Of a stretch of 64,000 nucleotides of DNA, positions 1 to 9,028 are shown piece after piece. Position 1 is the first letter of the stretch, and the number at the start of each line of letters is the position of its first letter. The DNA is taken from the NCBI GenBank assembly GCA_015065605.1, contig SVPZ01000001.1, positions 14,132 through 78,131 on the forward strand. Reading direction: 5' to 3'. The position numbers and the translations under genes are program-made. This DNA comes from Oscillospiraceae bacterium. Lineage in GTDB: Bacteria; Bacillota; Clostridia; Oscillospirales; Acutalibacteraceae. The notes beneath the pieces are model-generated. The model was not told the origin of the DNA, made no database searches, and saw only the letters and a program-made list of their open reading frames with translations.

Positions 1-825
1 GGATTTACCTTCGGCGTGATTATCTTCAGGATAAAGAACCTTGCTTATGACTTCAGCCATAGCCTTTTGTTCCATTGCGCGAACGTAGTCGCCTTGATTA
101 AAGGCTGACATATTTATGTCCTGACATTCGGCGCTCCAAAGACGAAGAGCGTTTACCGTTTTGCCGTCTTTACCTGCAACCATAAGGTCGTAGGGCATAG
201 CGTGAACGGTAGTATAATCAACGTGTTCAACGTGATGGAAGTGACTGTCCCAACGTTCGATTATTTTTCCGTCAAAGTGAACGTCAACAGCGGAAGCGGG
301 GCGGGGTTCGAGCCATACTTCACCACCGGGAAGCCAAAAATCAGGCATTTCGGTCTGCCAACCTTCAACTATCTTTTGACGGAAAATGCCGTATTCGTAA
401 CGAATACAGTAACCCATAGCGGGGTATCCGCCTGTAGAAAGTCCGTCTAAGAAACAAGCTGCAAGACGTCCAAGACCGCCGTTTCCAAGACCTGCATCAG
501 GTTCCAGTTCATAAAGTGAAGAAAGATTCACCTTGAATTTCTTAAGCGCCTTTTCCATCTGATCGGTGAGATCTAAATTAAAAAGTGTGTTTTTGAAGGA
601 ACGTCCCATCAAAAATTCCATGCTCAGATAATAAACGGTTTTATTTTGTTGTTTCTTTGTTTCTTCTTTAAACTTTGTTCTGCGTTCACTCATTATGTCG
701 CGAACAACTAAAGCGCAGGCTTTGTAAAAAAGCTCGTCGGAAGCTTGAACGGGAGTAACACCGAAATTGTGAGAAAGTTTTTTCTCAATCATTTCTGCGA
801 GTTGAGAGGAAGTGTATCCACTCAT
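1..825 (-). CDS. glgP: alpha-glucan (glycogen/maltodextrin) phosphorylase, N-terminal ~275 codons; the gene continues past the window start
   Basis: Reverse-strand reading from the ATG at 825-823 gives MSGYTSSQLAEMIEKKLSHNFGV...LYELEPDAGLGNGGLGRLAACFLDGLSTGGYPAMGYCIRYEYGIFRQKI, the hallmark N-terminal block of GT35 phosphorylases. The frame stays open to position 1, so it is absent from the ORF track. Confidence 0.88.
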   Translation of the reverse strand, partial: MSGYTSSQLAEMIEKKLSHNFGVTPVQASDELFYKACALVVRDIMSERRTKFKEETKKQQNKTVYYLSMEFLMGRSFKNTLFNLDLTDQMEKALKKFKVNLSSLYELEPDAGLGNGGLGRLAACFLDGLSTGGYPAMGYCIRYEYGIFRQKIVEGWQTEMPDFWLPGGEVWLEPRPASAVDVHFDGKIIERWDSHFHHVEHVDYTTVHAMPYDLMVAGKDGKTVNALRLWSAECQDINMSAFNQGDYVRAMEQKAMAEVISKVLYPEDNHAEGKS

Positions 826-1011
826 AACCAATCATCCTTTCGTATCTATCTAAATATATTATTCCTATTTTGTAAGATATTATTATTTTAACTCAAATCT
901 TTCGAAAAATCAATATTTATTATGTGCGCGAAATGACGAAATTATTATGATAAATTACTAAAAATGTGTGATATTTTTAGTAACGATTCAAAAAAACAGG
1001 TAAAAATGCAC

Positions 1012-1045
1012 AAAAAATAAGGCTATTGCGTGTTGCAATAGCCTT
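1012..1045 (-). terminator. intrinsic terminator downstream of cls
   Basis: An 11-bp stem (aaggctattgc / gcaatagcctt at 1019-1029 / 1035-1045) with a 5-nt loop. The A-run at 1012-1017 becomes a U-run on the minus strand. Confidence 0.7.
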
Positions 1046-1050
1046 ATGGC

Positions 1051-2577
1051 TTACATAAGCGGAGCGAACAAATGCCAGAACCATTGTTTGAGGCGCGCAA
1101 AAACACCGCGTTTTTTCCAGACGTTTTTGTCGATTCGCTCCGAGTCCTTTAATATTTCTTCAAAATGAGTTTGCATCTCTTTTATTGTTTCTTCCGAAGT
1201 AAACCACACGCCACATTCAAAGTGAAAATAAAAACTTCTGTAATCCATATTAACGGTGCTTACGGTAGCGCTGATATTATCGCACAGGAATATTTTCGAA
1301 TGAATAAATCCGGGCGTATATTCATATATTTCGACACCTGCATCCATAAGTTCACTATAGTAGTACTGTGTAACGGGATGAACGTATTTTTTGTCAGGAA
1401 TATGAGGCGTTACTATTCTTACCTTTACCCCTGCAGTAGCTGCAAGTTTGATTGCGGAAGTCATTGCGTCGTCAAGAATTAAATACGGCGTAGCTATATC
1501 AACGCTTTTGTGTGCGGTGTTAAGCATTTGCTGATAAATTCCTTCGGCGGTACTTTTGCTATCCATAGGACTGTCTGCATAGGGGAGAACGTAACCCTCG
1601 CTGTATATAGGCTTGGAAATAAGATGCTTTGACATAAGAATCTGTTTTCCCGTAACGTATTCCCACATTATGCAGAACATTATTACAAAGCTATCGACGG
1701 CGCTGCCTTTTACCATAGCGGCGCAATCCATCCAATAACCGAAGCGTTCGTATTGGTTTATATATTCGTCTGCAAGGTTGATGCCACCCGTAAAAGCAAC
1801 GTTTCCGTCAATTACAATTATTTTGCGGTGATCACGGTTATTCATAACCATATTAAGCGATGGCTTCAGCGGACAGAATACCGAAACTTCAATTCCTGCT
1901 TTTTTCAGTCTGACTAAAAAATCGGCATATTGACGTTTGATGGAACCGAAATCGTCGAATATAACCTTTATTTCAACTCCCGAAGCGGCTTTTTCTTTTA
2001 GAACGTCAAAAACAGCGTTCCACATTTTTCCGTCGGCAATAATGAAATACTCGATAAAAATATATTTTTTTGCTTTTTTAAGTTCCTCAATAAGAACGGG
2101 CAAGAAGGCTTCTCCGGGGGAAAGATAACTTACTGAAGAATCTTTATATACAGGAAATCCCGATTCGCTGCAAAGGTAGGAGGCCTGACGGTTATGAGAG
2201 TTATCCTCGTAATGAAGAAGTCTTTTAACGGCCGGGTCTTGCTCTAGATATTTTAAATATTTTTGTTCGCACTTTAAATACTTCTTTTTCAGATGAGGAA
2301 AGGTACGCTGACCGCCCCACATCATGTAAATAAACAAACCGAAAACGGGGAGAACAAGTATAAAAACTATCCATGCTATTTTATAACTTGGGTTTTCACG
2401 CTTATTTACTATGTAGAGCGCTATGATTATTCCTAAAATTTCAAAAGCGGAGAAAACCGCGAAAAAATTATGTTGTAAAGATATGGCAGCCCATAACATT
2501 CCCACTATTGCTACAAGAAGACCAAGCGCTGTCAAAATAACGCGGAGCTTTATACGGATGCCTCTTTTCTTTTGCAT
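1051..2577 (-). CDS. cls: cardiolipin synthase
   Basis: 508 aa with two N-terminal TM helices followed by two PLD HxKxxxxD motifs (NNRDHRKIIVIDG and FIHSKIFLCDN). Confidence 0.9.
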   Translation of the reverse strand: MQKKRGIRIKLRVILTALGLLVAIVGMLWAAISLQHNFFAVFSAFEILGIIIALYIVNKRENPSYKIAWIVFILVLPVFGLFIYMMWGGQRTFPHLKKKYLKCEQKYLKYLEQDPAVKRLLHYEDNSHNRQASYLCSESGFPVYKDSSVSYLSPGEAFLPVLIEELKKAKKYIFIEYFIIADGKMWNAVFDVLKEKAASGVEIKVIFDDFGSIKRQYADFLVRLKKAGIEVSVFCPLKPSLNMVMNNRDHRKIIVIDGNVAFTGGINLADEYINQYERFGYWMDCAAMVKGSAVDSFVIMFCIMWEYVTGKQILMSKHLISKPIYSEGYVLPYADSPMDSKSTAEGIYQQMLNTAHKSVDIATPYLILDDAMTSAIKLAATAGVKVRIVTPHIPDKKYVHPVTQYYYSELMDAGVEIYEYTPGFIHSKIFLCDNISATVSTVNMDYRSFYFHFECGVWFTSEETIKEMQTHFEEILKDSERIDKNVWKKRGVFARLKQWFWHLFAPLM

Positions 2578-2703
2578 ATTTTTTCACCTCTATATTGAAT
2601 ATTAACATATTTTGATTAAAGATACAAGTTTTTGAGATTTACGCTTGAAAAAGTTAACCCAAAGGATTATTATGTAAATAGTAAGTAATTTGGAGGGATA
2701 ACT

Positions 2704-3630
2704 ATGATTTACAGTGTATCAACGGCTAATCTTATTATTGACCCGAAAACGTCGGAAGCAAATTTTCCGTTATTAAAACAGGCGGGTTTTGGCGCAATAG
2801 ATTTGAATTTTGACACTATCTTTGGAAAAACGGGTGGTACTGTATGGAAAAAGCCTATGACCAAAGGTAGTTTTTATGAGCTTGATGATAAAGCATTTTA
2901 CGAATACCTTGACGGAATTAAAAACGCTGCCGAGAAAAACGGAATAAAAATCGGGCAATGCCACGCTCCTTTTCCGTCATATATTTTTGGCGGTGAAAAA
3001 GAAACTAACGATAACATAGTTTGGATTATAAAAAGAACTATACAGGCGGCAGGTTATCTTAACTGCCCTTATATAGTTATTCACCCTGCGAATTTTCCCT
3101 ATGGCGATAAAGCAACGAAAGAGGAAATCTTTGAATTTAACGTGAATTTTTACGCGCAGTTTATTGAAGAATTAAAAAAATACAACGTGGTTTGCTGTCT
3201 TGAAAATATGTGGGTTTCTTATAAAAATAAAATAATGGAATCAACTTGCAACGATTATGAAGAAGTGAACCGATATATAGAGGTTTTAAACGATAAAGCG
3301 GGTGGAGAATGGTACGCCTTTTGTCTTGATACGGGACATGCTGTTTTAAATTCTGCAAATATCCGTTTTGCTATCAGAACTTTGGGCAAAAATCTTAAAG
3401 TACTTCATCTTCACGAGGTTGACGGAGTTAAGGATAATCACACTATGCCATTTACCTTAGGCGCTGTGGATTGGGATTTGATTATGGATGAGCTTAGCGC
3501 GAATAATTACTCGGGTACCCTTAATTTCGAGGCGGCAAATTCATGGTTGATGTTCCCTGAAGCACTTTGGGGCGACGCCGTTAAAATGCTCGGAGCTATA
3601 TGTAAATATTTTGCTGATAAGTATTTTTAA
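2704..3630 (+). CDS. sugar phosphate isomerase/epimerase family (xylose-isomerase-like TIM barrel) protein
   Basis: 308 aa with family-typical blocks (YIVIHPA, CLENMW, CLDTGHA, LHLHE). RBS ggaggg lies upstream of the ATG. The substrate cannot be inferred. Confidence 0.7.
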   Translation: MIYSVSTANLIIDPKTSEANFPLLKQAGFGAIDLNFDTIFGKTGGTVWKKPMTKGSFYELDDKAFYEYLDGIKNAAEKNGIKIGQCHAPFPSYIFGGEKETNDNIVWIIKRTIQAAGYLNCPYIVIHPANFPYGDKATKEEIFEFNVNFYAQFIEELKKYNVVCCLENMWVSYKNKIMESTCNDYEEVNRYIEVLNDKAGGEWYAFCLDTGHAVLNSANIRFAIRTLGKNLKVLHLHEVDGVKDNHTMPFTLGAVDWDLIMDELSANNYSGTLNFEAANSWLMFPEALWGDAVKMLGAICKYFADKYF

Positions 3631-5228
3631 GAGTGCTGATATTTAAAGTATTCAATAATTCCTTTTACAATTGTTTGAGCGCAGGCTTTTTGATGGTCTG
3701 CGTTCATCATATTTATACGGTCTTGGTCATCATCCAAAAATCCGTTTTCAGTAAGAACTGAAGGACAAATGCCGAGTCTGTTAAGGAAAAAATAATGCCA
3801 GGAAGAACCACTGCATTTGCGGTATAGCTGTGTTGATGCAGTAGCCTGATAAACGTATTTTGAAGCGGGAGCAGAGAAGGAGTTGTAGTAGTAAGCGCCA
3901 AATCCGTTACCACCGCCTCCGTTTCGGTGAACCGAAACTACAAAATCGGGCTCGTATTGCAGAACTTTTCTGTAACGGTCATATGTATCCATAAAGATGT
4001 TATCCTCTCTGGTAAGATAAACCGTCGCGCCTGCCGCTTCAAGCTCATCCTTTAAAATGAACGCAAACGAAAGGTTTGAATTGGATTCATAAAATCCGTC
4101 AACCGCTCCGCCCGAATCTTTTCCGCCGTGACCTGCATCCACTATTATTACTTTGTCGTATAATCCGTATCCGTATTGGTTGTTGTCGCTGTATAAACGG
4201 GTAGGCTCTAAAAATTTAAGCAAAAGACAACCGTATTCGTCGTATTCTGCTCGCCAACCGTAAAATCGGCCCTGTTTTTTGAGGTTTAATTTTAATACGG
4301 CGCAATTTTCCCCGTAAGAAATTTCCGCATCCTTGAATAATGGGTTGTCACTATCGAAAATAACGTCACCGATAATTTCGGTACAGTACATAAAACGTAT
4401 TTCGACATATGAAAACGTCGGACTTTCGGTAACGAAAACGCCCTTATCGGTGTTTTTATATTCCTGTTCTTTAAGTTCTACGGTAAACGGAGCTTTAAAA
4501 TCGGTATAAAATGCCAGAACCGTATATTTTCCCTCTGTTTGTGCTCTATCTACGGTAAGAGAATTTTTACTGGGGAGCGTTCCTTCATATATTTTTAAGT
4601 TTTGGTTATCGTAAACTCTTTTTCCAAATCTTAAAAGACGGTAACTTTTTTCATTTTCTTCGTTAATAATTGATGCATTACTGCAATAATCCACCGTTCC
4701 TACGGGAAGGTAACTGTTATACGGACGGGAAGTATCGTCAACCGTATCACCGTCAAAGGTTTCGGCGGGAACGTCTATTACTTCGGCTATGTATTTTGTA
4801 CTTTCGTCGGCCGAGTTTTTTAGAACTGTTATTATTCCACTATAATATATTTCGGTTTTACTATCCTTTATGCAGGTGATTTTAATCTGACCTAAGGCGG
4901 TGTCTTTATCGGTACTCTTTAAAGTGAAACTGCCAAGGTAATTGTTTAAAGGTTCTTCTTCATTATAGGAGAGCGAAAGGGTAGTGGAGTCCTCATTTAA
5001 TTCGGCGGTAACTGTAAGGTTATCGAATTTGCTTTTTACCGATACTATAATAACGGAATTGCTGTTTAAAGAAATAGATTCAGAAGGCGAAAAACTGTCT
5101 ATAAGTTCATATTTTCCGGTTGAAGTATATAACTTTATGGAACCGCTTGGCTGAGTATCCGAGCAACCGCATAAAACTAAACTTATGCAAATTATCAATA
5201 AAAATAGTCTTTTGACGTGTGAAATCAT
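3627..5228 (-). CDS. lipoprotein N-acetylmuramoyl-L-alanine amidase (Amidase_3 C-terminal domain)
   Basis: Lipobox LVLCGCS is present. The C-terminal IIVDAGHGGKDSGG...SVHRNGGG...ENGFLDD blocks are typical of MurNAc-LAA amidases. I placed the start at the second ATG (5228) because a ggagg RBS precedes it; the track start at 5243 has none. Confidence 0.8.
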   Translation of the reverse strand: MISHVKRLFLLIICISLVLCGCSDTQPSGSIKLYTSTGKYELIDSFSPSESISLNSNSVIIVSVKSKFDNLTVTAELNEDSTTLSLSYNEEEPLNNYLGSFTLKSTDKDTALGQIKITCIKDSKTEIYYSGIITVLKNSADESTKYIAEVIDVPAETFDGDTVDDTSRPYNSYLPVGTVDYCSNASIINEENEKSYRLLRFGKRVYDNQNLKIYEGTLPSKNSLTVDRAQTEGKYTVLAFYTDFKAPFTVELKEQEYKNTDKGVFVTESPTFSYVEIRFMYCTEIIGDVIFDSDNPLFKDAEISYGENCAVLKLNLKKQGRFYGWRAEYDEYGCLLLKFLEPTRLYSDNNQYGYGLYDKVIIVDAGHGGKDSGGAVDGFYESNSNLSFAFILKDELEAAGATVYLTREDNIFMDTYDRYRKVLQYEPDFVVSVHRNGGGGNGFGAYYYNSFSAPASKYVYQATASTQLYRKCSGSSWHYFFLNRLGICPSVLTENGFLDDDQDRINMMNADHQKACAQTIVKGIIEYFKYQHS

Positions 5229-5360
5229 TAAACGTTCCTCCATAGAAGATTATGTTAAAATAATAATACAAAATTGTTACCAAATCAATAATAGGGTTGA
5301 AATTATTTCGTTTTTTTGCTACAATAAAGGGGTAGAAAGTGTTATGGTTTGGAGAAATAT

Positions 5361-5624
5361 ATGGAAAAATATGTTTTTTTGTATTTTTGTTTTGTTTTTT
5401 TAGTTTCAGCCATAATTACTTTTAGCGATAAAATAAGGGCGAAAAAAGGAATTAGAAGAATTAGAGAAAGAACTCTTCTTTTGTGGGGATTTTTCGGAGG
5501 AGCGGCGGTTATGTATATAACTATGCTTCTTATACGTCATAAAACACGTCATTTTAAATTTATGTTTTTGTTGCCCTTGTTTACCATAGTGCATATTATA
5601 TTACTGTATGTTATTTTAAAATGA
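5361..5624 (+). CDS. DUF1294 family small membrane protein
   Basis: The pattern DKIRAKKGIRRIRERTLLLWGFFGGAAVMYITMLLIRHKTRHFKF matches the DUF1294 signature. The ATG at 5361 follows a ggaga RBS; the track start at 5349 is TTG. Confidence 0.6.
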   Translation: MEKYVFLYFCFVFLVSAIITFSDKIRAKKGIRRIRERTLLLWGFFGGAAVMYITMLLIRHKTRHFKFMFLLPLFTIVHIILLYVILK

Positions 5625-5641
5625 AGTTTTGAGGTTTCGCT

Positions 5642-6319
5642 ATGCCATTATCCAAAAAAATAAATGTTAAAAAAATGACTGTAATGTCAATACTTTGCGC
5701 GCTTGCATTTATTTGCGTACTTCTTTTCAGGTTTGAGGTTGGAGGCTTTTTAACCTTTGATATAAAGGATGCCGTTCTTGCTATTGCTTCTTTTATATAC
5801 GGACCCCTTGCAGGTGTGGTATGTTCGGGTCTTGTTGCGTTTTTGGAATTTATTCTTATAAGCGATACAGGTCCGTACGGTCTTATTATGAACTTTCTTT
5901 CGAGCGCAACCTTTTCTATGGTTATTGGAATAATCTATAAGCACAAGCGCACTATGTCGGGCGCTGTTATCGGTGTTATATCTGCAGTATTCGGTATGAC
6001 AGCTGTGATGCTTTTAGCAAATATGTTTATAACCCCTTTGTTTTTAGGTATGGAAAGACAAGCGGTAATGGGAATGATAGTTCCAACCTTGCTTCCGTTT
6101 AACGTAATTAAAGCGGTGTTTAACGGCGCTCTCGTGCTTATTATTTATAAACCGATAAGTCAGACTTTAAAAAAAGCGAAGCTTATAAACGTTGGTACAT
6201 CAACAGGGTATAAGTTTGGTTTTAAAAGTGTTTTGCTCCTTGTTATATCTCTTATCGTGCTGGTTGCCGCAATACTTTACCTTGTGCTTAAAATGGGCGG
6301 CGGAGTGGATTTCTTTTAG
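5642..6319 (+). CDS. polytopic membrane protein, ECF-transporter S-component-like
   Basis: 225 aa with about 6 TM helices. Its size and hydrophobic pattern resemble ECF substrate-capture subunits. No adjacent riboswitch or ECF A/T genes are present. Confidence 0.45.
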   Translation: MPLSKKINVKKMTVMSILCALAFICVLLFRFEVGGFLTFDIKDAVLAIASFIYGPLAGVVCSGLVAFLEFILISDTGPYGLIMNFLSSATFSMVIGIIYKHKRTMSGAVIGVISAVFGMTAVMLLANMFITPLFLGMERQAVMGMIVPTLLPFNVIKAVFNGALVLIIYKPISQTLKKAKLINVGTSTGYKFGFKSVLLLVISLIVLVAAILYLVLKMGGGVDFF

Positions 6320-6375
6320 TTTTTTCTTGACAACAAAGGAATTTATGATATAATAACTTTGCTGAATTTAATATT

Positions 6376-6505
6376 TCCTTATCAAGAGTGGCGGAGGGAC
6401 AGGCCCGTTGAAGCCCGGCAACCTGAATGTTCAAGGTGCTAAATCCTGCGGTTTTACCGAAAGATGAGGCTAGTTTATACCGCTTCTTTCGAGGCGGTTT
6501 TTTTG
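6376..6505 (+). promoter_or_regulatory. SAM-I (S-box) riboswitch with expression-platform terminator
   Basis: The core ttatcaagagtggcggagggacaggcccgttgaagcccggcaacc...ggtgctaaatcctgc...agatgag matches the S-box consensus. A terminator hairpin accgcttc/gaggcggt with a T-run at 6478-6505 follows, immediately upstream of metK. Confidence 0.92.
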
Positions 6506-6526
6506 ATGAAAAAAGGAGAAATAAAT

Positions 6527-7705
6527 ATGTCGAAAATTTTATTTACAAGTGAATCGGTTACCGAAGGTCATCCCGACAAAGTCTGTGACCAGATAAGCGA
6601 CGCGGTGCTTGATGCGATTATTGCTCAGGATAAGAGTGCGCGTGTAGCCTGCGAAAGTTTTGCAACTACAGGTATCGTTACGGTAATGGGTGAAATTACA
6701 ACAAGCGCTAACGTTGATATTCCCGCTATTGTCAGAAACGTAGTTAACGAAATAGGCTATAATACTGCCGATGCAGGTTTTAACGGCGATACTATTGCCG
6801 TTATGACTTCTTTGGACAAACAGTCGCCTGATATAGCTATGGGTGTTGATAAATCTTTTGAACTTAAAAACGGTGAAGAGGATGAATATAATCTTCACGG
6901 CGCAGGCGATCAGGGTATGATGTTCGGTTACGCTACAAACGAAACCGAGTCCTTTATGCCCCTTACCATAGACTTGGCTCATAAAATGGCTATCCGTCTT
7001 ACAAAGGTAAGAAAAGACGGAATTCTTCCTTATCTTCGTCCCGACGGCAAGACTCAGGTTACCGTTGAATATGAAGACGGAAAGCCCGTTAGAATTGAAG
7101 CGGTTGTAGTTTCAAGTCAGCACAGCGCCGACGTCGAACTTGAAACCCTGAGAGCAGATATTTTAAGAGAGGTAATTCTTCCTACTGTTCCTGCTTCTTT
7201 AATGGACGATAATACAAAAATCTTTATTAATCCTACGGGTCGTTTCGTAACGGGTGGACCTCAGGGTGATACAGGTCTTACCGGTAGAAAAATTATTGTT
7301 GATACATATGGCGGTGTAGCACGTCACGGCGGTGGCGCCTTCTCGGGCAAGGATCCTACAAAGGTTGACAGAAGCGCCGCTTACGCTGCAAGATGGGTTG
7401 CTAAAAACGTTGTTGCGGCAGGTCTTGCCGATAAGTGCGAAATTCAGCTTGCTTACGCTATAGGTGTTGCAAAGCCCGTTTCTGTAATGGTTGATACCTT
7501 TAAAACAGGTAAATACAGCGACGAGGAGATAGCAAACGCTATTAATAAGGTGTTTGACCTTCGTCCTGCCGCTATTATTGATGCGCTTGACCTTCGCCGT
7601 CCTATTTACAGAAAAACTGCAGCGTACGGACATTTCGGAAGAAACGACGTTGCTTTTCCTTGGGAAGAACTTAATAAAACCGAAGAACTTAAAAAATGCT
7701 TCTGA
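6527..7705 (+). CDS. metK: S-adenosylmethionine synthetase
   Basis: [25 protein letters not shown]...[19 protein letters not shown] are canonical MetK motifs. RBS aaaggag precedes the start. The track start at 6464 would read through the riboswitch terminator. Confidence 0.97.
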   Translation: MSKILFTSESVTEGHPDKVCDQISDAVLDAIIAQDKSARVACESFATTGIVTVMGEITTSANVDIPAIVRNVVNEIGYNTADAGFNGDTIAVMTSLDKQSPDIAMGVDKSFELKNGEEDEYNLHGAGDQGMMFGYATNETESFMPLTIDLAHKMAIRLTKVRKDGILPYLRPDGKTQVTVEYEDGKPVRIEAVVVSSQHSADVELETLRADILREVILPTVPASLMDDNTKIFINPTGRFVTGGPQGDTGLTGRKIIVDTYGGVARHGGGAFSGKDPTKVDRSAAYAARWVAKNVVAAGLADKCEIQLAYAIGVAKPVSVMVDTFKTGKYSDEEIANAINKVFDLRPAAIIDALDLRRPIYRKTAAYGHFGRNDVAFPWEELNKTEELKKCF

Positions 7706-7712
7706 TAAAAAA

Positions 7713-7745
7713 ATAAAACCGAGAAATCGGTTTTATTTTTTTGCT
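7713..7745 (+). terminator. intrinsic terminator after metK
   Basis: Hairpin aaaaccga-gaaa-tcggtttt followed by a T-run. Confidence 0.8.
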
Positions 7746-7790
7746 TTTTTAATATATTTAATTGTAGAACTCTTTTAAGGGGATTTTGTT

Positions 7791-8381
7791 TTGTCTTATA
7801 AAAACAGATTTACGGCGATTTTATTTTTTGAAATAATAATGGTCTTGACCGCTATGGCGGTGCTGATGGGAATTGACGTATTTGCAAAGGAAGAAACCGC
7901 TCAAAACGATACTTCCGAAAACGTTGCCGTTTATAATGAAACTCAGTCAGAACCGACAACTGTTGCTGTAAGCAATTTTTCGGGAAATAGTTTTTTGCAC
8001 CCTTTAAAAAGCGGACGTATTTCATCGCACTTCGGTATCAGAAACGACCCTTTTGATAATCATTTGGCTAAGCACGAAGGAACAGATATAGCCGCTCCAA
8101 AGGGAACCGAAATAATAGCCGCTGCAGGCGGAACGGTTTCGTATATAGGTTACGATGACGACGGCTACGGCAAATATTTTAAAATCAGCCACAGTGAAGA
8201 CGTGTTGACTTTGTATGCTCACTGCAGTGAGATTCTCGTAGAAAAAGGTCAGCAGATAAAGGCAGGCGAGGTTGTTGCATTGGTTGGAAGTACGGGTCAG
8301 TCAACGGGAAACCATTTGCATTTTGAAATTCGTATAAAGGGAAAAGCGGTTAACGCTATGTGGTATTTGGGTGAACAATGA
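7791..8381 (+). CDS. M23 (LytM-domain) peptidase, membrane-anchored
   Basis: 196 aa with an N-terminal TM helix. The catalytic motifs HEGTDIAAPKGT (HxxxD) and GNHLHFEI (HxH) are intact. The start is TTG and the exact start is uncertain. Confidence 0.8.
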   Translation: MSYKNRFTAILFFEIIMVLTAMAVLMGIDVFAKEETAQNDTSENVAVYNETQSEPTTVAVSNFSGNSFLHPLKSGRISSHFGIRNDPFDNHLAKHEGTDIAAPKGTEIIAAAGGTVSYIGYDDDGYGKYFKISHSEDVLTLYAHCSEILVEKGQQIKAGEVVALVGSTGQSTGNHLHFEIRIKGKAVNAMWYLGEQ

Positions 8382-8968
8382 AATTGAAAATTTTCGGTAC
8401 TGATATAACGGTTTCTTTTCTGTTTTGCGCGATTCTCTGTATTTTGATGCTTTCCGACAGAACGGGATTTATTGCTCCTATGTTGATAGCAATTTTTATT
8501 CATGAACTTGGGCATCTTGCCGTTATGAAATATTTTGGCTGTGCTCCAAGTGAAATAAAACTTATTCCCGGAAGTATCAGAATTATCAGTCCGGTATGCG
8601 AAGATAAAAATTCTGTAATTATTTCTCTTTCGGGACCGATTCTTAATGTTTTGGTTTTTGCAGTTGTCTATTTTTCCTCACAAATACTTGGGGTTAATTA
8701 TTATCTTGATTTTGCGTTTATAAATCTTGTATATGGCGTTTTTAATTTGTTGCCCTTTTACAGTCTTGACGGAGGCAGTATTCTTGAAGAAATTATAGGC
8801 TCGAAAATCGGAGAAATTAACGGACGCAAAATTATCAAAATAATTACTTTGGCAGGTTCCTTGCTGTTTTTAACAGCCTTTATTGTTTTCGCTGTGAAAG
8901 GAAGTGTTAATTATTCCGTTTTGGCAATTTCTCTTTACTTAATTTTGTCTGTTTTTATTAAATTATAG
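8378..8968 (+). CDS. site-2 protease (M50) family intramembrane metalloprotease, SpoIVFB-like but short
   Basis: HELGH within a TM helix plus NLLPFYSLDGG (NxxPxxxLDG). It overlaps the upstream M23 gene by ATGA. At 196 aa there is no CBS domain. Confidence 0.8.
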   Translation: MKLKIFGTDITVSFLFCAILCILMLSDRTGFIAPMLIAIFIHELGHLAVMKYFGCAPSEIKLIPGSIRIISPVCEDKNSVIISLSGPILNVLVFAVVYFSSQILGVNYYLDFAFINLVYGVFNLLPFYSLDGGSILEEIIGSKIGEINGRKIIKIITLAGSLLFLTAFIVFAVKGSVNYSVLAISLYLILSVFIKL

Positions 8969-9028
8969 TTGAAAGAATTGATTTAATATTGTATCATAAA
9001 TATATATTATTTTCAGTGAGGAATTAAA

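Noticed and set aside
202-450. 82-aa plus-strand ORF at the window start
   Set aside because: It lies inside and antisense to the glycogen phosphorylase coding region, which has unmistakable family motifs.
6464-6526. N-terminal extension of the metK ORF (track start 6464)
   Set aside because: It would translate through the SAM riboswitch P1 stem and terminator. The canonical MetK N-terminus [10 protein letters not shown] starts at 6527 with an aaaggag RBS.
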